From: the human T2T-CHM13v2.0 reference genome, Homo sapiens
Direction of reading: 5' to 3'
NCBI GenBank assembly: GCA_009914755.4
Contig: CP068257.2
Span: forward strand, 29,728,001-29,792,000
Length of the DNA: 64,000 bases
Shown here piece by piece: positions 1 through 17,080 of this stretch (its first letter is position 1; each line of letters starts with the position of its first letter). A program made the translations under genes and the position numbers. The notes under the pieces are model-generated. The model had not been told where the DNA came from, did no database searches, and worked only from the letters and a program-made list of their open reading frames with translations.

Positions 1-66
1 AGTATGAAAGAAAAAAATTTACTATATATTATAATCCAGTAGAGAATAAAAGGAGTTAATATACTC

Positions 67-122
67 TAATGTCCTTGTATTATCTAGGAAGGCTAATGTC
101 CTTGTATTATCTAGGAAGGCTT
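67..122. repeat. ~28-bp direct tandem duplication (taatgtccttgtattatctaggaaggc x2)
   Basis: two adjacent near-identical copies read directly. Confidence 0.8.
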
Positions 123-239
123 CAAAGTACTAATTTATATTAGACTTTGCAATCCAAGGTAGCTATGGGTAATCCTGAGGTTTTTTTAATAGGATAGACA
201 TTAAAAAGCCAGTAACTGATCATTCTGACTACATTCCAG

Positions 240-1335
240 GTAAAAACTTAGTTGTTTACTTAAAAAATAAACAAGACAATAAAATGCAAGCCACACGGTG
301 AGACAATGTTTGCGACTCATGCAACTGACAAGGAGATATTATGCAGAATAATTTAAAACACACACATGCACACAACTGTACAAATCAATAAGAAAAACAT
401 CAACTACCAAATAAAAAATGACAAGTGACATTTGTCAGGCAGTTCACAAAAGAAAATATTCCAATGACCAATAAACCTATGAATAGGAGCTTGGCCATGC
501 TGGTTTTTCAATTTACAAAATGTAAATTCAAACCAGGAAATCCACTTATTACCAGAAGAGCTAGAATTGAAATGACTAATAACACCAAGGTTTTCTGAGG
601 GCATAATGCAAGAGGAACTCCCTTATCCTACTAGGGAGAGTGTAATTGGGTCAGGCACTTTAGTAAAGATGAAAAATCAGCAATTTCAATTCTAGAAATA
701 CACCCCAAGAAACACATGGACATGAGTGCTGGGGAAGGTATCTCCAAAAAAAGTCCATTGTAGCACTATTCACAATAGTCAAACATTGGAACTAATCCAA
801 ATGATCACCAGCAGTAGAATGGATTATGAAGTTATAGCCTATTTATACCATGAAATTGTATAATAATTAAAGTGTACAAACTAGAGCTACACCCAAGAGA
901 AAAGTTGAGGAAATAAAGCCAGACCCAGAATACTTAATAAAGTATGATTCCACTGATATACAGTTCAAAAACAAGCAAAATTAAACTACAGTGCTTAAGA
1001 ATCTACACTCAAGCACTAAATGTGAGACAAGAAGCAAAAATATGATTCCATAAAAATCAAGCCTGGTTGTTATCTTTAGGAGGCAGGGAGAAAATTGTGA
1101 TTGAGGATGGGAGGGGAGGCTTTCTTGGGGGCTGCCAATGTTGCATTTCTCGAGCTGGTGATGGCCACATTACCCAGTAGGCTGTACAGTCACGTGTTGT
1201 GCACTGTTCTGAATGTGTGGCATGTTTCACAATTTAAGAAGAGTTATAAAATCCACATAAACTATCCTGTAGACGAATATTTCCCACTGAATAGTAACCC
1301 CTTCCCAAATAAGAAAGCCTTTTAGATTTTGGCTA
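240..1335 (+). mobile_element. ancient LINE-1 (L1M/L1P-type) 3' portion (ORF2 C-terminal region + 3' UTR), degenerate
   Basis: similarity to L1 3' consensus segments (e.g. ...cattgtagcactattcacaatagtcaaacattggaactaatccaaatg...), no intact ORF. Confidence 0.55.
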
Positions 1336-1516
1336 TAGATATAAAATCTTGTATAAATATCACTGCTTCATTAAACCACTCAAAAGCCCAATGAGTAACA
1401 CATTTAATGACAGATAAGACAACTAAAGGTGATACTTAGTTCATTAAGACATTCTCCTCTTCCAACTATTAAACTAATAGCAGATGATATTATCATAGAT
1501 TCCTTTGAGGAAGAAA

Positions 1517-1519
1517 GAT

Positions 1520-1567
<48 letters not shown>

Positions 1568-1570
1568 CAG
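1517..1570. repeat. (GATA)n tetranucleotide microsatellite, ~12 units
   Basis: perfect gatagatagata... run. Confidence 0.95.
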
Positions 1571-1678
1571 ACATGTGTATACATTTGGTATGTATACATA
1601 TACACATATATACATATACATGCATGTAAGTGTATATACACATACACATATATGTGCATGCAAGTATACATATATGAC
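1571..1678. repeat. TG/TA/CA-rich low-complexity (tatacatatacacata...) block
   Basis: alternating purine-pyrimidine simple sequence following the GATA repeat. Confidence 0.8.
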
Positions 1679-1699
1679 TGACATAAAAACATGTTCCTT

Positions 1700-1861
1700 G
1701 GCTGGGCACAGTGGCTCATGCTTATAGTCCCAGCTACCAGGGAGGCTAGACAGAGAGATTGCTTGAGCCCAGGAATCCAAGGTTACAGTGAGGTATGATT
1801 GTGCCACTGTACTACAGCTTGGGTGACGGAGCTGTCACCCTATCCCTTTTAAAAAAAAAAA
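1700..1861 (+). mobile_element. Alu right-arm fragment (truncated Alu / free right monomer) with poly-A
   Basis: ggctgggcacagtggctcatgc...cccagctaccagggaggct...ccactgtactacagcttgggtgac + A10 tail. Confidence 0.8.
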
Positions 1862-2131
1862 GATATACTCTTTACTGTGACTTTATTTGAAAATGAAGGC
1901 AGCATAAGAGTGAGTTCAGTGCATCCACCCTCTTCCTTCACTCTCTCTCTGGTGTCACTGGACTGGATGAGTTATGGACATGACAATTCCAGCCCAAGGG
2001 CACTAGAAAGTAAGTGAGAAGGGAAGAGCTGACTTATCCCACACTGAGCCCAGAGATTCAAACCAGCCACCCAAGGTTCGCCTTTCTCTTCATGACGAGT
2101 CATAGATCCATTACCCATTAATGCAGTGACA

Positions 2132-2167
<36 letters not shown>
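2132..2167. repeat. (ATT)n microsatellite ~11 units
   Basis: attattattatt... run; translated as poly-Ile in ORF track. Confidence 0.95.
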
Positions 2168-2168
<1 letters not shown>

Positions 2169-2452
2169 TTGAGAAAAGGTCTCGCTTTGTCACCCAGGCT
2201 GGAGGGCAGTGGTGCAATCTTGGCTCACTGCAACATCTAGCTCCCGGGTTCAAGCGATTCTCCTGCCTCAGCCTCCCGAGCAGCTGTGACTACAGGCGCC
2301 CACTACCACACCCGGCTAATTTTTGTATTTTTAGTAGAGATGGGGTTTCACCATGTTGGCCAGGCTGGTCACGAACTCTTGACCTCAAGTGATCCACCTA
2401 CCTCAGCCTCCCAAAGTGCTTGTATTACAGGCATGAGCCACTGTGCTCAGCC
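2168..2452 (-). mobile_element. Alu (AluS-like), full length
   Basis: reverse-complement Alu consensus from gagaaaaggtctcgctttgtcacccaggctggag to ggcatgagccactgtgctcagcc. Confidence 0.95.
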
Positions 2453-4345
2453 AACAATTATTTTTAAAGCAATGCTAGTCCATCACCCCTTAGGGCAGGG
2501 AGCGCTCACTCTCATTCTTACTTACACTGTAAGGGGGTTTATCATTGTATTTTCTGATTAGGATGCCCTACAGAACAGGACATCGAGTTCTCTGATGGGT
2601 ATTTTTTTTGCATAGGATTGGTGGAAGAGACTATTCCTTTCCCCCTTTATTTGTAATGTTTTCCTCTGTACTGCACCTCCATACTTCTTCCACCATCCTT
2701 AACCACAAGATGGGCACAGGATCCAGCTGGGATCATTGTTGAACCTCAAGCCCTGTACACAGTGATTGGTCCAGGGGTGGGTTCACGATCGATATTAGCT
2801 AATCAGAGAAATTCCTTGGGAATTTTTTTATTTTAAAACTGCGGACGTCAGCCTAAAACTGCTGGCAGCCATGCTTCTGTTTGGTTCAAGCTGGCCTGAG
2901 AAGAACTAATCTGATCCAGGGAAAACAGGGATGAAAGACAGAGAGCATTTGATCGTGTTAACTTCCCTGGGTCCAGCTGTCCCCTAACCCCAGCCTTACC
3001 CTGACTGGTACACAGACAAACGTATTCCCACTTTGGCCCTAAATCAACTTAGGTTTCTGATCCTTACAACCCAACATTCTAACAGGACCGGGATTTTGTT
3101 TTTTTTTCTGGGTTTTTTAAATGGTTTTACTGCTGATGTTGTTTTGCAGGGGTAAGAAGCAGAGAAGATCTGCTCCTGTGATCCACAACACTCCTCCATA
3201 CCACATATTTGTGCAAAAACATCTTGTTAGTCCCTAAGCTTCCTCTAATGATGTCTTTTAAAACTGCACCTTACATGTCTTCTCCTTGATTAACACCCTT
3301 GTTTATTACCTCATTCAATCCTCCTTTTCCCTTTTCCAAATGCTGAATGATCACACGATGAATGTCTTAGATTTTTCTCTCTTCTGTGAAACTGCTGATC
3401 ACTCCCAAATTAAGAATTAAAAATGGAGCAGCTGCAGACGCTTTGCTAGCATCCAGATTACAATCTTAGAGTTCTTCCAGAAGAAAGCTCTCTGTTTCTG
3501 AGGAAACTCTGGTTGGTTGGGGGGCAACCCAAGGAAGTATCTCTGAAACCACACAACATGCAATGAAACCACAGGAAAAAAAGGGGGAGGGGGTTCTTCC
3601 TGTGTATTTGCTGAAGTATTTTGCTTTAAGAGAGATCAGTGGTGTTCAATTTCAAGAAAGAAACACCCATGAGGAAAAGTGCAGAGCAAAACAGCCCCAG
3701 GACATCTCTACCCAACACACAGGCCTGCTGGTGTCACTTGCATTGAACTTATACATTTCTTCATTATCCTAGTAATAAAGTCTGTGATTTCAGCATTTTA
3801 CAGGAAGGTAAAAACACATTCACAATAGCACTAGCCGATAGCTTTCTTAAGTAACTGCATGGTGAGCTTCATAGTATCCCCCGTTCCTAAAGACAGATTA
3901 GAGGCCCCAGCACTGCACTGTTTCAGATTTCTGTGGGCCACCAAAAATAAAAAGCATCCCAGGTGGAGTAAACTTGTTAACCAAAGGGCTACTTAAAAAT
4001 AAAATTGCTTGTAGAGAGCTCTCTTACAGCTTAATGAATGAGGCACCATTTCTCAAACTAAGATTGTGATCAAATGAGAAACCCTCCAAAGACCTCTGCT
4101 GAATACCTCACTTACACTCAAGCCTCCGCAGAGGGAGCCAATGAATGAGCCCCCAGCAACTGAAGTGGGTGTGGGGGAGTGGAGAAGGTTATATTTGAGC
4201 ATGTGATGGTAGAATTGAGAAAGCACTGAGACATCAGCCACAGATGGAGAGGAAAGAGCAGCTCTACCTATAGGAATTGTTAATAAGAGTTCTGTACTCT
4301 CTATTAACAAATCTTGGAACAGCTGACACCATGATGGCCAGGGAC

Positions 4346-4432
4346 CATGGATGGACGGATGGATGGATGGGTGGATGGATGGATGGCTGCATGGATTGAT
4401 TGATGGATGGATGGACGAATGGACAGACTGAG
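4346..4432. repeat. (GGAT)n / (GGATG)n imperfect microsatellite
   Basis: ggatggatggatgggtggatggatgg... Confidence 0.9.
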
Positions 4433-4984
4433 TAAAGAATGGTGGCAGTTACAGCTGAGTGGGTGTGTGTTGATGGGGGAGGAAGGACAGAGGACAGGCC
4501 AACCACACCATAATTGTTGAGTAATGGCACAGTCCAGAGTGGGCAAAGTTTTTCTTTAAAGAATCAGATAAATATTTCAATCTTTGCGAGCCATATACTC
4601 TCTATTGAGCTCTGCCCTTGTTATGTAAAAGCAACCAAAGACAGTAAGTAAATGAAAATGACTTTGTTCCAATAAAACTTTATTCATGAATGCTGAAATC
4701 TGAATTTCATGATTTTTACATGACACCAATTATTCTTCTTTTCCCCCCAGCCGCTTAAAAATGTAAAAGACATTTTTAGTTCAAGGATCTTACAAGAATC
4801 AGTGGAATTTGGCCCTCAGGCCAGAATTCAACGACCCCAGATCTAGTCTCCAAACACGCCAGTCACTCAGGATAGTGATCAGGAAAGAAGATCTCCCCAG
4901 CAGATCCTGGGAAGAGATCTAACACAACGCACATTTTCTATTCTGTGCTCTGTATATACTTCTCCTTCTGTCTTTATTGCATAA

Positions 4985-5375
<391 letters not shown>

Positions 5376-5506
5376 TGTGTCACATATTTCTAAATCTTCA
5401 GCACTTGGCATAGTACCTGGAACATAACAGGTGCTTGAGAGATATTCCCTGAATCAAACCATATTCCCCAACAACTGCAAGATTTCACTGTCAAAGTATG
5501 ACATAA

Positions 5507-5846
<340 letters not shown>

Positions 5847-6291
5847 TCACAGCCATGAATACTATGCCCTTGGCCCTTGGGATGGTTGACAGAGGTCATA
5901 GGAAGTAAACCGTACTCATAACCTTGAAGCTGGATTTCACCCTTTGCCAAAAGCAACTCTTAGTTTGTCACATTGTAAAAGGCAGGAAACCAGTTACCTT
6001 ATTCTTGCCATGACCACACAGATGTTACTTAACTTACGCATGTCCCAAATGGAAAGAAACATATCCATCCGTTAGCAGAGAATGAAAAACATGTCACCCT
6101 TTGGCTCCTCAGTTTGGGAATTGATGGGCAATGAACACACTCCTGGTTCCTTTTCTTTCCCATCCATCTCTCCCTCCAGGCCATCCATCAGGAGAAAGCT
6201 CAATGTCATCTTCATGGTGAGCACTATGTAGCCATATCCTACAGGCTTTCTTTGCAATACTTAAGTTTCCAAGGAAGGCAGAGACTATTAA

Positions 6292-6703
<412 letters not shown>

Positions 6704-6769
6704 TGACTCATGAGTATTCAGATTTGGATGGGTCCCAGAAAATAGCTCCAGAAACATAATTGCAATCCC

Positions 6770-6876
6770 AGGCAGGAAGCCAGGCAGGCAGGTAAGCAGG
6801 CAAGAAGTAAGGAGAGAAGGAAGGAGGGAGGGAGGGAGGGAGAGAGGAAAGGAGGAAGTGAAGAAGAGAAGAAGGG
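6770..6876. repeat. polypurine tract (CAGG)n then (GGAA/GGGA)n, ~100 nt almost pure purine on + strand
   Basis: caggcaggcagg...ggaaggagggagggagggagggagagaggaaaggaggaagtgaagaagagaagaaggg. Confidence 0.85.
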
Positions 6877-7953
6877 CACAAACAGAGCAACTCACCTGGT
6901 TCATCCTCAACCCCCACCTGCCCCAGCAGTCTTTCAGTTGCAAGCCCTATGAACAGCAAAGGGGACACAGAGCTGGAAGAACGCCACTATTGCCTTTCTC
7001 TAGGTAGGTCTGTCAGTAACTCTTTGCTTGATTTGCACCAAGACTTAGTTTCCCAGTCAACAGAATGGGACTAGAAGTACCCAGACCAACAGGCCGAAAT
7101 AACCTCATTCTGTACATTTTTGAAATTCACTAGTTATCCATTTTAAATGGCATTTGGATTCTTTTTTTCTTTGTGAAGAAGTCTCCATAGCAACTGAACT
7201 TGAATACCTTGGTATTCAACCCAAACTTACCTACCTAATAAGTTTGGCAAGAATGTTTTTATTCTTTTCTTACCAAAGGCCACATTTAAGAGGATCCAGA
7301 AATTCTGACAGGCCTCATGCATTCTATCTGAGACCAAAGAGCAGACAACCAAGAGACCTGTTTATCAGCAAAAGCAGCAACATTCCGTTTCTTCGCCATT
7401 TGGGTAACTCTGTCCTTTATCAATTACAGTCCTTGACAGACTCATTCCTATTCGTTACCTATTTGTTCTTGTGTGTTGGTATTATATTTTCCACATCCTC
7501 ATGGGCCACTAAATTATAATATTTTAACTTCAAATGACGTCTAACTTGGAATCACGTAATCAATATTACTTTACTGAGTGTTTATCTTCCCTAAACTGCT
7601 TCATGGACCACAAAAGAAGACCTAAAAAACAACATCTGATGCTCAGTTTCAATGGATCAATGAGCTGAACCCAAAAATAGCCACTCTAGAATATTCATGA
7701 GAGGCCTCTCAGTATAACTGGAAACTTCATACCAAGTTTCACTTTCAAAGAATTCATTTTAAAACATGTTCTCTGATTTTAAACTCAGTTATTTATATGA
7801 TATTAAAGAGACTTTAACCAACTTGATGGCAAACCTAACAAAAGATGTCTACCAATTATTTTAACTTCATCAAAGGTTTTAAGGGAAACTATTTAAGACA
7901 TATTAACAACTTCCTATTTTGTTCCATAGGCCCCATTCTTAAAAGGCTCCTCA

Positions 7954-8004
7954 GGGCTTTAATATTCCATAATATTAAAAGGGCTTTAATATTCCATAAT
8001 AATT
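7954..8004. repeat. ~27-bp direct tandem duplication (gggctttaatattccataata x2)
   Basis: read directly; ORF track shows duplicated RALIFHN peptide. Confidence 0.8.
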
Positions 8005-8643
8005 TATTTTACGCTTTCTTAATAACCTTTTCTCAAACTCCAGGTGAATCATTTCTGCAATTTGTTACTGTTTGTAGCTCAACAAATTATTCATTTGAGC
8101 TGGCTGAGCCACATGCATAACATTTTTAATTAGAGTGCCACAGTTGACTTCAAATCCAAAATATCCCAATCCAAAATTATTCTGTAGGCTTCGGATTTGC
8201 TGCCAGGAGTCTAAAAAGCTAAAAATAGCGACCAAACTTTCACATCACAAGGCAGAAAAAAGCATTTCAAGAAAGCGTACAGGCTTCAAATAGATGCGTG
8301 AACAGATCCCAAAAGGCAGGCATAGGCTGACAAGACTTCAGATTTGACCGTCCCCAGTATACTTATATTTGTAAGAAGAAAAGGACGGGAGAAAAACTCA
8401 GTAAAACAGCAGCTCATAATGATAAGCTACATAGAGTAGCAGCAGGGGGAAATATGGCAAAACTGGTAAAATACAAGCGTCTAGACTCTCTTTAGTATAA
8501 AACTAAAGATATTAAATTAGCATGTCAATTTTGAACAAATCTATAATAATGCAATCAGCAAACTTCAGAATGTAAGATACTTTACAAAGCAAAGGACTTG
8601 GACTCTTAAGTAAAGAGAAAAGAGAAGAAAGAAAGGGATGATA

Positions 8644-9003
<360 letters not shown>

Positions 9004-9433
9004 TCAATGTCTGTGTGCCCTTCAGATTCATATGCTGAAATCCCAACCTCCAAGGCAATGGTATTAGAAGGTGAAATATTAGATGGTGGGAAGGGTAGGA
9101 GGGAAGGGAGGATAAGGAAAGGTTGCTTAACAGATACCAAATTACAGCTAAATGGCAGGAATAAGTTCTAGAGATCTATACCACTATAGGGTGACTACAG
9201 TTAACAATAATTTATTGTACATTTTCAAAAAGCTAGAAGAAAGGATTCTGAATGTTCCCAACGTAAAAAAATAATAAATGTTTGAAATGATGGATATGGT
9301 AATTACTTTGATTTGATCATCACACATTGTATACTTGTATCAAAATATCACTCTGTGTCCCATAAATATGTACAATTATTACATGTCAACTAAAAATAAA
9401 AGGAAAAATACATTTAAAAGAAGAAGAAGGGTT

Positions 9434-9905
<472 letters not shown>

Positions 9906-12374
9906 GGTGTTATTTGGATCACGATTCAAAAAGATGAGCTGTTAAAAAATTATGAGACAGAGGTTAAGTTTGAAAAGTGACCATATGCCTGATAATATTG
10001 AGATACACAGGCAATATGGCTTTTCTTTTTATTTTTTGAACCCAGACAGAGGCTGGAACAATATGGCTTTTTTATGTTCTTATCTTTAGCAGTATATACA
10101 GATGAAATGAGAGCATATCTGTGATTCATATACAGACAACCCAGTATGGGTATGTGGGTGTGTTTTTGTGTGTGCACGCGCATGTGTGTGTAGTGACTGC
10201 AGGCCAAAGTAGATTGGCCACAGGTTGATATTCCCTGAAGGTGGGTGATGAGTATGTGAGAGTTTCTGTGGGGGTTTATATACTATCCTCTCAATGTGTA
10301 AATGTTTGAAATTACCCACAATAAAAAGGTTTTCAAAAAACAATATGTACAAGACATACTGCGGTCTATATGCCCAGACTATACCTCTGGGTGGCCTGAG
10401 GGTGTGTGTGGCCTGCAGACATATTTTGTTTGGACAGTGGACTGTTTAAAAAAATGTTGTTTCCTTTTTGATCCAATATTTAAAAATAAGAAGACTTCAC
10501 ATAAAAATTAGGATTTCCAACTAATCTTGAAAAAATAGAAAGATCTGGCAGCAGTAGGCTATAGCAACAAGCCCCGGTATGCAGCCTGTGCCGCCCTCTC
10601 TCAGACCCAGCACCCACACATTTCTGGGGCCTCCCTGGTCTGTGGCCATTTGAGTTTGGCCCCCAGTGTCCCAGGCTTTTCAGAGCAGCAACTCAGTGCC
10701 AACCTCCAGGGACAAACTTTCCAGAATGACTGTGTTCTTCTCTCAGCCCAGACTCCTAGAGCTTTGTTTTCTGACCAGTCATCAAAAGTTCCTGACAACA
10801 ACTTCAATTCAAGCACTTGAAGAGTTTTAGTTTATATTACACAAAGCGGTGATTCAAAACATATGGGTAGTCAACAGACTGGAAAAGAAAACCCCAGAGT
10901 TTCTGAAGTTTATTTGGCTTGAGGACCTCTGGCCGGTTCTGCCGACTCTCCTTATCATTCAGGCAACAGGACTGGCTCCTGTCTTGCTCCACAGACTCCC
11001 AGAATGCAAAGGCAGGAAGGGGGCTAAGAGCTCATTTAGTACCTTCCTCCTCATTTTACGATGAGACTCAAGCCAAGGGAGGTTGAGTAATTCATCCAAT
11101 CACTTTCCAAGGGGTCTCTGGAGGAAGGGATGGGAAAGAAAATGTAATGTAAGATGGAGTGCTGACAGCTCCTATACACATGCCAGAGTTACTGGATGAC
11201 AATTTGTTCCTGCATGTTTTTACTCCCTGCAAAGTACTTTTCCAGTATGATTATGGAACAAGAGCAACGTTTCTCTAGAAAAAGATAGATTTTCAACCTT
11301 AAAAAGAACTAAGGGTTGAACCACTTGGGTCATGATATTCCTGTTTAATGGACCACTCTAAGAGGAATGACCGTTGATGAGGTCTCCTGGCACCTAACTG
11401 ATGTTCCTCACTTGTACAATTACTTGTCATCAGGCAAGAAGACAAATAAGAGGAAGGACAGGAAAGTCCTTCTAACTCCTCAGGTTCTCTGAAGACTCTT
11501 TTAGATCCTAGACTCTTCATAACGGCTCTCAGACTCATTCACCCCTTCAGCCCGGCTGAGTCAAAGGAAATTCTCAAGGTCATGCAGTGGCCACCATATT
11601 TGCAGAGCCCACCCTCGGTGAACTTGGGTTCTTCCCAAAGTGAACTCACCCAGTTAACAATAGACTATTCTTGAAATTTAATTAATTCAATGGCAGACAA
11701 GCCAAAAGAAGAGAAATTAAAGCAACCCTGAGGCAATATGAGTTTGCACAGTGGAGTACATGTAATACTCCCAGCTCCCCAACGCGGAAGGCTCATTTTC
11801 CTCTAGTTCCACCTCATGGGCTGGCACATCCCATCAGCTTTCTTATCACTTCTGATGGGCTTTAAGTTAGCAACTCTTTTCTCCCATTAAAAATGTAGGA
11901 AAACATCATCAGATTTTGTCATCCAAGGTCTATAGGCACCATAGCAATCACTTAGCTGGGGTTCCCCGGCTTTCTGGGCATCAAAAACTGGGCTTGAGGA
12001 GCTCCTTCTGGGCCAGTGGTCACAGGTTATATCACATTAATTAGTCTGACTCATAATTGCTCACCACCACTGTTAAGCTGAAAAGGTTTGAACTGAGTGC
12101 CCAGTAGGAAATATGGAGGCTTTGGAGCCTTAGGGGGGCATCTGTGACCAACCCCTGCTCAGCCGGAACCTAAGAACCACGAGAGCAGTGGGAGAGGAGC
12201 CACAGAAATCAGTCTGGCAAGAGAGGGCCAAAGTTGAAACTGAGACAGTGGCCACAGAGGTGAAGAGAAGATGTGGACAGGAAGGGGCAGGCGAGGGTAG
12301 GGGTGGGGGCAGGGTTTGAAAAACTAGGTAGCTAGAGAGGCTATGTACCAACATGACATAAAAGATACAAAACT

Positions 12375-12460
12375 GGCTGGGTAGGTGGCTTACACCTGTA
12401 ATCCCCCAGCACATTGGAAGGCCAAGGCAGGAGGATCACTTGAGACCAGCCTGGGCAACT
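12375..12460 (+). mobile_element. Alu left-arm fragment
   Basis: ggctgggtaggtggcttacacctgtaatcccccagcacattggaaggccaaggcaggaggatcacttgagaccagcctgggcaac. Confidence 0.8.
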
Positions 12461-12977
<517 letters not shown>

Positions 12978-12997
12978 AATTCCTTTCTTTTGCTCTG

Positions 12998-13229
12998 CAT
13001 TAGTCTCTTTTCACACTGCTGATAAAGACATACCCGAAACTGGGAACAAAGAGAGGTTTAATTGCACTTACAGTTCCACATGGCTGGGGAGGCCTCAGAA
13101 TCATGGCAGGAAGCGAAAGGCACTTCTTTCGTGGTGGTGGCAAGAGAAAAATGAGAGACAAGCAAAAGCAGAAACCCCTGATAAACCCATCGGATCTCGT
13201 GAGACTTATTTATAAGCCAAACCATATCA
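12998..13229 (-). mobile_element. MaLR solo LTR fragment (THE1/MST family), internally deleted
   Basis: reverse complement of THE1 consensus: ...cacactgctgataaagacatacccgaaactggg...ttccacatggctggggaggcctcagaatcatgg...ccaaaccatatca. Confidence 0.7.
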
Positions 13230-15434
13230 TGCTCATATAACAAATATGCCTTGAGCACCTAACATATGGCAGGTACTGTGCAAAGCACTAAGATACAAGA
13301 GACAGCAGAAAAGAACAGGGAAGAAACAGAAAGAGAGGCAGGAGGGTGTCTGGAATTTTTTTCTTTCAGGGGAGTACTAGAGATGAGAGAAGAGTAATAA
13401 GCCCATTCAGAGAGATGCTGAGTTAAAGAGAAAGCTGATGAGCAGAAGAAACTAGAGAAAACTAATTCAAGAAAATGATCAAATCTAGCCATGCGTCTAC
13501 ATAAATATACTTCCTTTTCCCCCATCGTTTAAATCAAAATCCCTCTTACCTGGTCGTTCCCTCTTCCTCTCCCCACTCCTCCCATATCCTCAAAGCTGCC
13601 ATCACCTACAACAGCTCCCTCTGGAAGCAGCAGCATCCTCTCTTCTCACTCAAGCACAGCCCCAACCAAGGTCACCAGAAGCCCCACCCCCACCACATCT
13701 GTCACTCTAAATGGCCTTTCCCCTCCTTGGTATCTGGGTAGCCCCTGAAACCACCAGCCATGCCCTTGTTGGGGAAGCCTCTCATTTAAATTCTGTACCA
13801 ATTACAGAAAATTCCATGTAAGTTCCAGACCCAACTCGCTCAGTGCTTGGCGCTGTGAAGAATGCCAACACCGAGTATGGAACCCATTCCTCCCAAATGG
13901 CACAGCTGGTGTGCAGCGGGCAGGGGGCGATCCCATAAAACAGATACTGGGTGCTGGTAAGAAGAGGATGGGAAGCAACCACTGGGCAAACGATCAAAAA
14001 CTATCCACTACAGCATCCAAGTTTCCTTCCTGTAGCTTTGACAATTTCTTCCCAAACTTCCTCCGGCTCCCTTTCCTTCTCCCACCTCATATACCTACAT
14101 ATACGGAATATTCTGCATCTGTCCCTCCAAATGCCCATTGGAACTCTCAGCAACTTCACACATCTACTGGAATCCAGCACTCAGGACTAAAGGATCGGAT
14201 ATCCTCCCTCCCTGACTCCTCAAATTGACCTGAATCTCAAGGTGGAAGGAAGAGATGGACAGGAACAGGAGGGGCTGTGAAACTCAAGACTCCCTGGGAC
14301 AAGCTGACACTTGCTCTGGGTTCCCACCCATCACGCTGCTCCTGCAAAGAAGTTCATCCCATCAAACTGAAGGAAAACATCAGGTTCCCAGCAGGGGGAC
14401 AGATTGTTCCAAGGCAATATGGGATAAGACTTGGTTCCCAGAATTTATTTATTCAGCTTCTAGGACCAAAGCGACAACTAGCCAACTGATAATTTTGGAA
14501 TATATTTATAAAAGAAAAACAAATATTCGTTATTCCTCTGGGCCATTAAATTATTTTAAACAGATAATACCCTCCTTTAAAAAAAGATTAAATTTCTATT
14601 TTCAACCACTAAAAATGAAGTTTGGCATAGATTCAGTGATGAGGGGAAGCAGAGAGAAATTTAGCAAGAAATGGCAGAGAAAGGGTGAAATTTCTGGTCT
14701 TTACATTAGACACAGTGACTCAGATTCTTTAGTTTTTCACCTTGTACTAGAATTCTCTGTATGTTTTTTACACACAGCAGAGAAATATACCCACTTTTGA
14801 ACTCTTAATTTTGGCTCTTTATTCTTTACTACTAAATAATATTCTAAGAAACATCCAGTATGCGGTTGGCTTTCACAAACATTTCAGATAAATAAAACAT
14901 CAGAAAGTCACTGTTTAATAGAAAAAAAAGTGATTTCCAATTACCACCAACATTCTAACAAACACAAACAGAGCAAAGCCATCTACCTCCAGGCAAATGT
15001 GGTGTTTGGGTACAAAAATGTACATGCATTTGTGCATGAATATGTATATATCTCCGTGTAGTATACACATATACATGTGTATGTTCAAGTAATAAAGACT
15101 AAACAATGGGCAAAATACCAGAATTATCAGAATCACTTTCAGTGGTAAGTAAATAACAATTATTTTCCCCTTCGTCCACCTTTTCTGTTTTTTCAAACTT
15201 CCCACCATGTTCATTCATATATAGAAAAGGAAAAATCAACAACTTTATTTTTTATCACACATATGAAGATGTATGTTCTTATAAGGTATGCTCATCTTCT
15301 TATATCAAAAAAGCCAGGCACTAAATAGAAACCTATACATCCTGTGCCACCAAAAAAACCCATAAATTGCAAAGTGAAGCTGAGTTTCTCTTTTTTTTAC
15401 TATATGCAAACCTGTTTATTAAGAGTAGAAAAAA

Positions 15435-15770
<336 letters not shown>

Positions 15771-16529
15771 CTATGTATATGCTTAAGGGCAAGCATTTCG
15801 TAAACGATACTGCCACATCCTACCCTTTGTTTTTTGAGATCTCTGGTTCTCTATTTCCTTAATTGTGCTTCCCCACATAGAGCTAAAATGAGTAGCATGA
15901 ACAGATGTATACATTCACACACGCATGTACACATGTGCACACTCACACACCATCCCTGATAAATGCATCTCAGTCTCTGACCATAACACCAATCACCAAG
16001 AACATGATTCTCCCCAAACCATAGGTGCTATCTCAGGCTCCTGGGCTCACTGTCTCGCACTCCACGGTATGCAGGGCACCCAGGTTTCCGTCTGCACCCT
16101 CTCCATTTCATGTTTCCACAGGGAAAGACATACAGTGTTTAAAGCAAACTCCTGATTATGCGTGCTAATGAAGGCAAACATTGGCACAGATGCGTGTTTG
16201 GCACGAGATTTCCCTAATTGCATTTTGCTTAGGCTACCATCAAAATTAGTTAGTGCTCCCCCAAACACACGCACAGCAGAGGGAGGAGGAGATGCCCACT
16301 GAAAGGACTTGTGGGTGATGGAGGGATGGCTAAACTGTGACATCGGCCTCAAATAAAAGAACCTTTTCCATACTCAGTGCCTACATGCTGACTAATGTCA
16401 TGTTCAACTGGTCTTTAAAGTGCAGAGGAAATCTAGAATGCCTTCTGTAATATCCTGGATGAATGGTAAGTGATGGAGCTCCAATCTAGAAAGCACAAAA
16501 TTTTAGGCAACTCCTTGCTCTGCTTCTGA

Positions 16530-17080
<551 letters not shown>

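Noticed and set aside
14255-14800. 181-aa plus-strand ORF
   Set aside because: Low-complexity, AT-rich codon usage; no recognisable motif; no splice or promoter context; most likely a chance ORF in intronic DNA.
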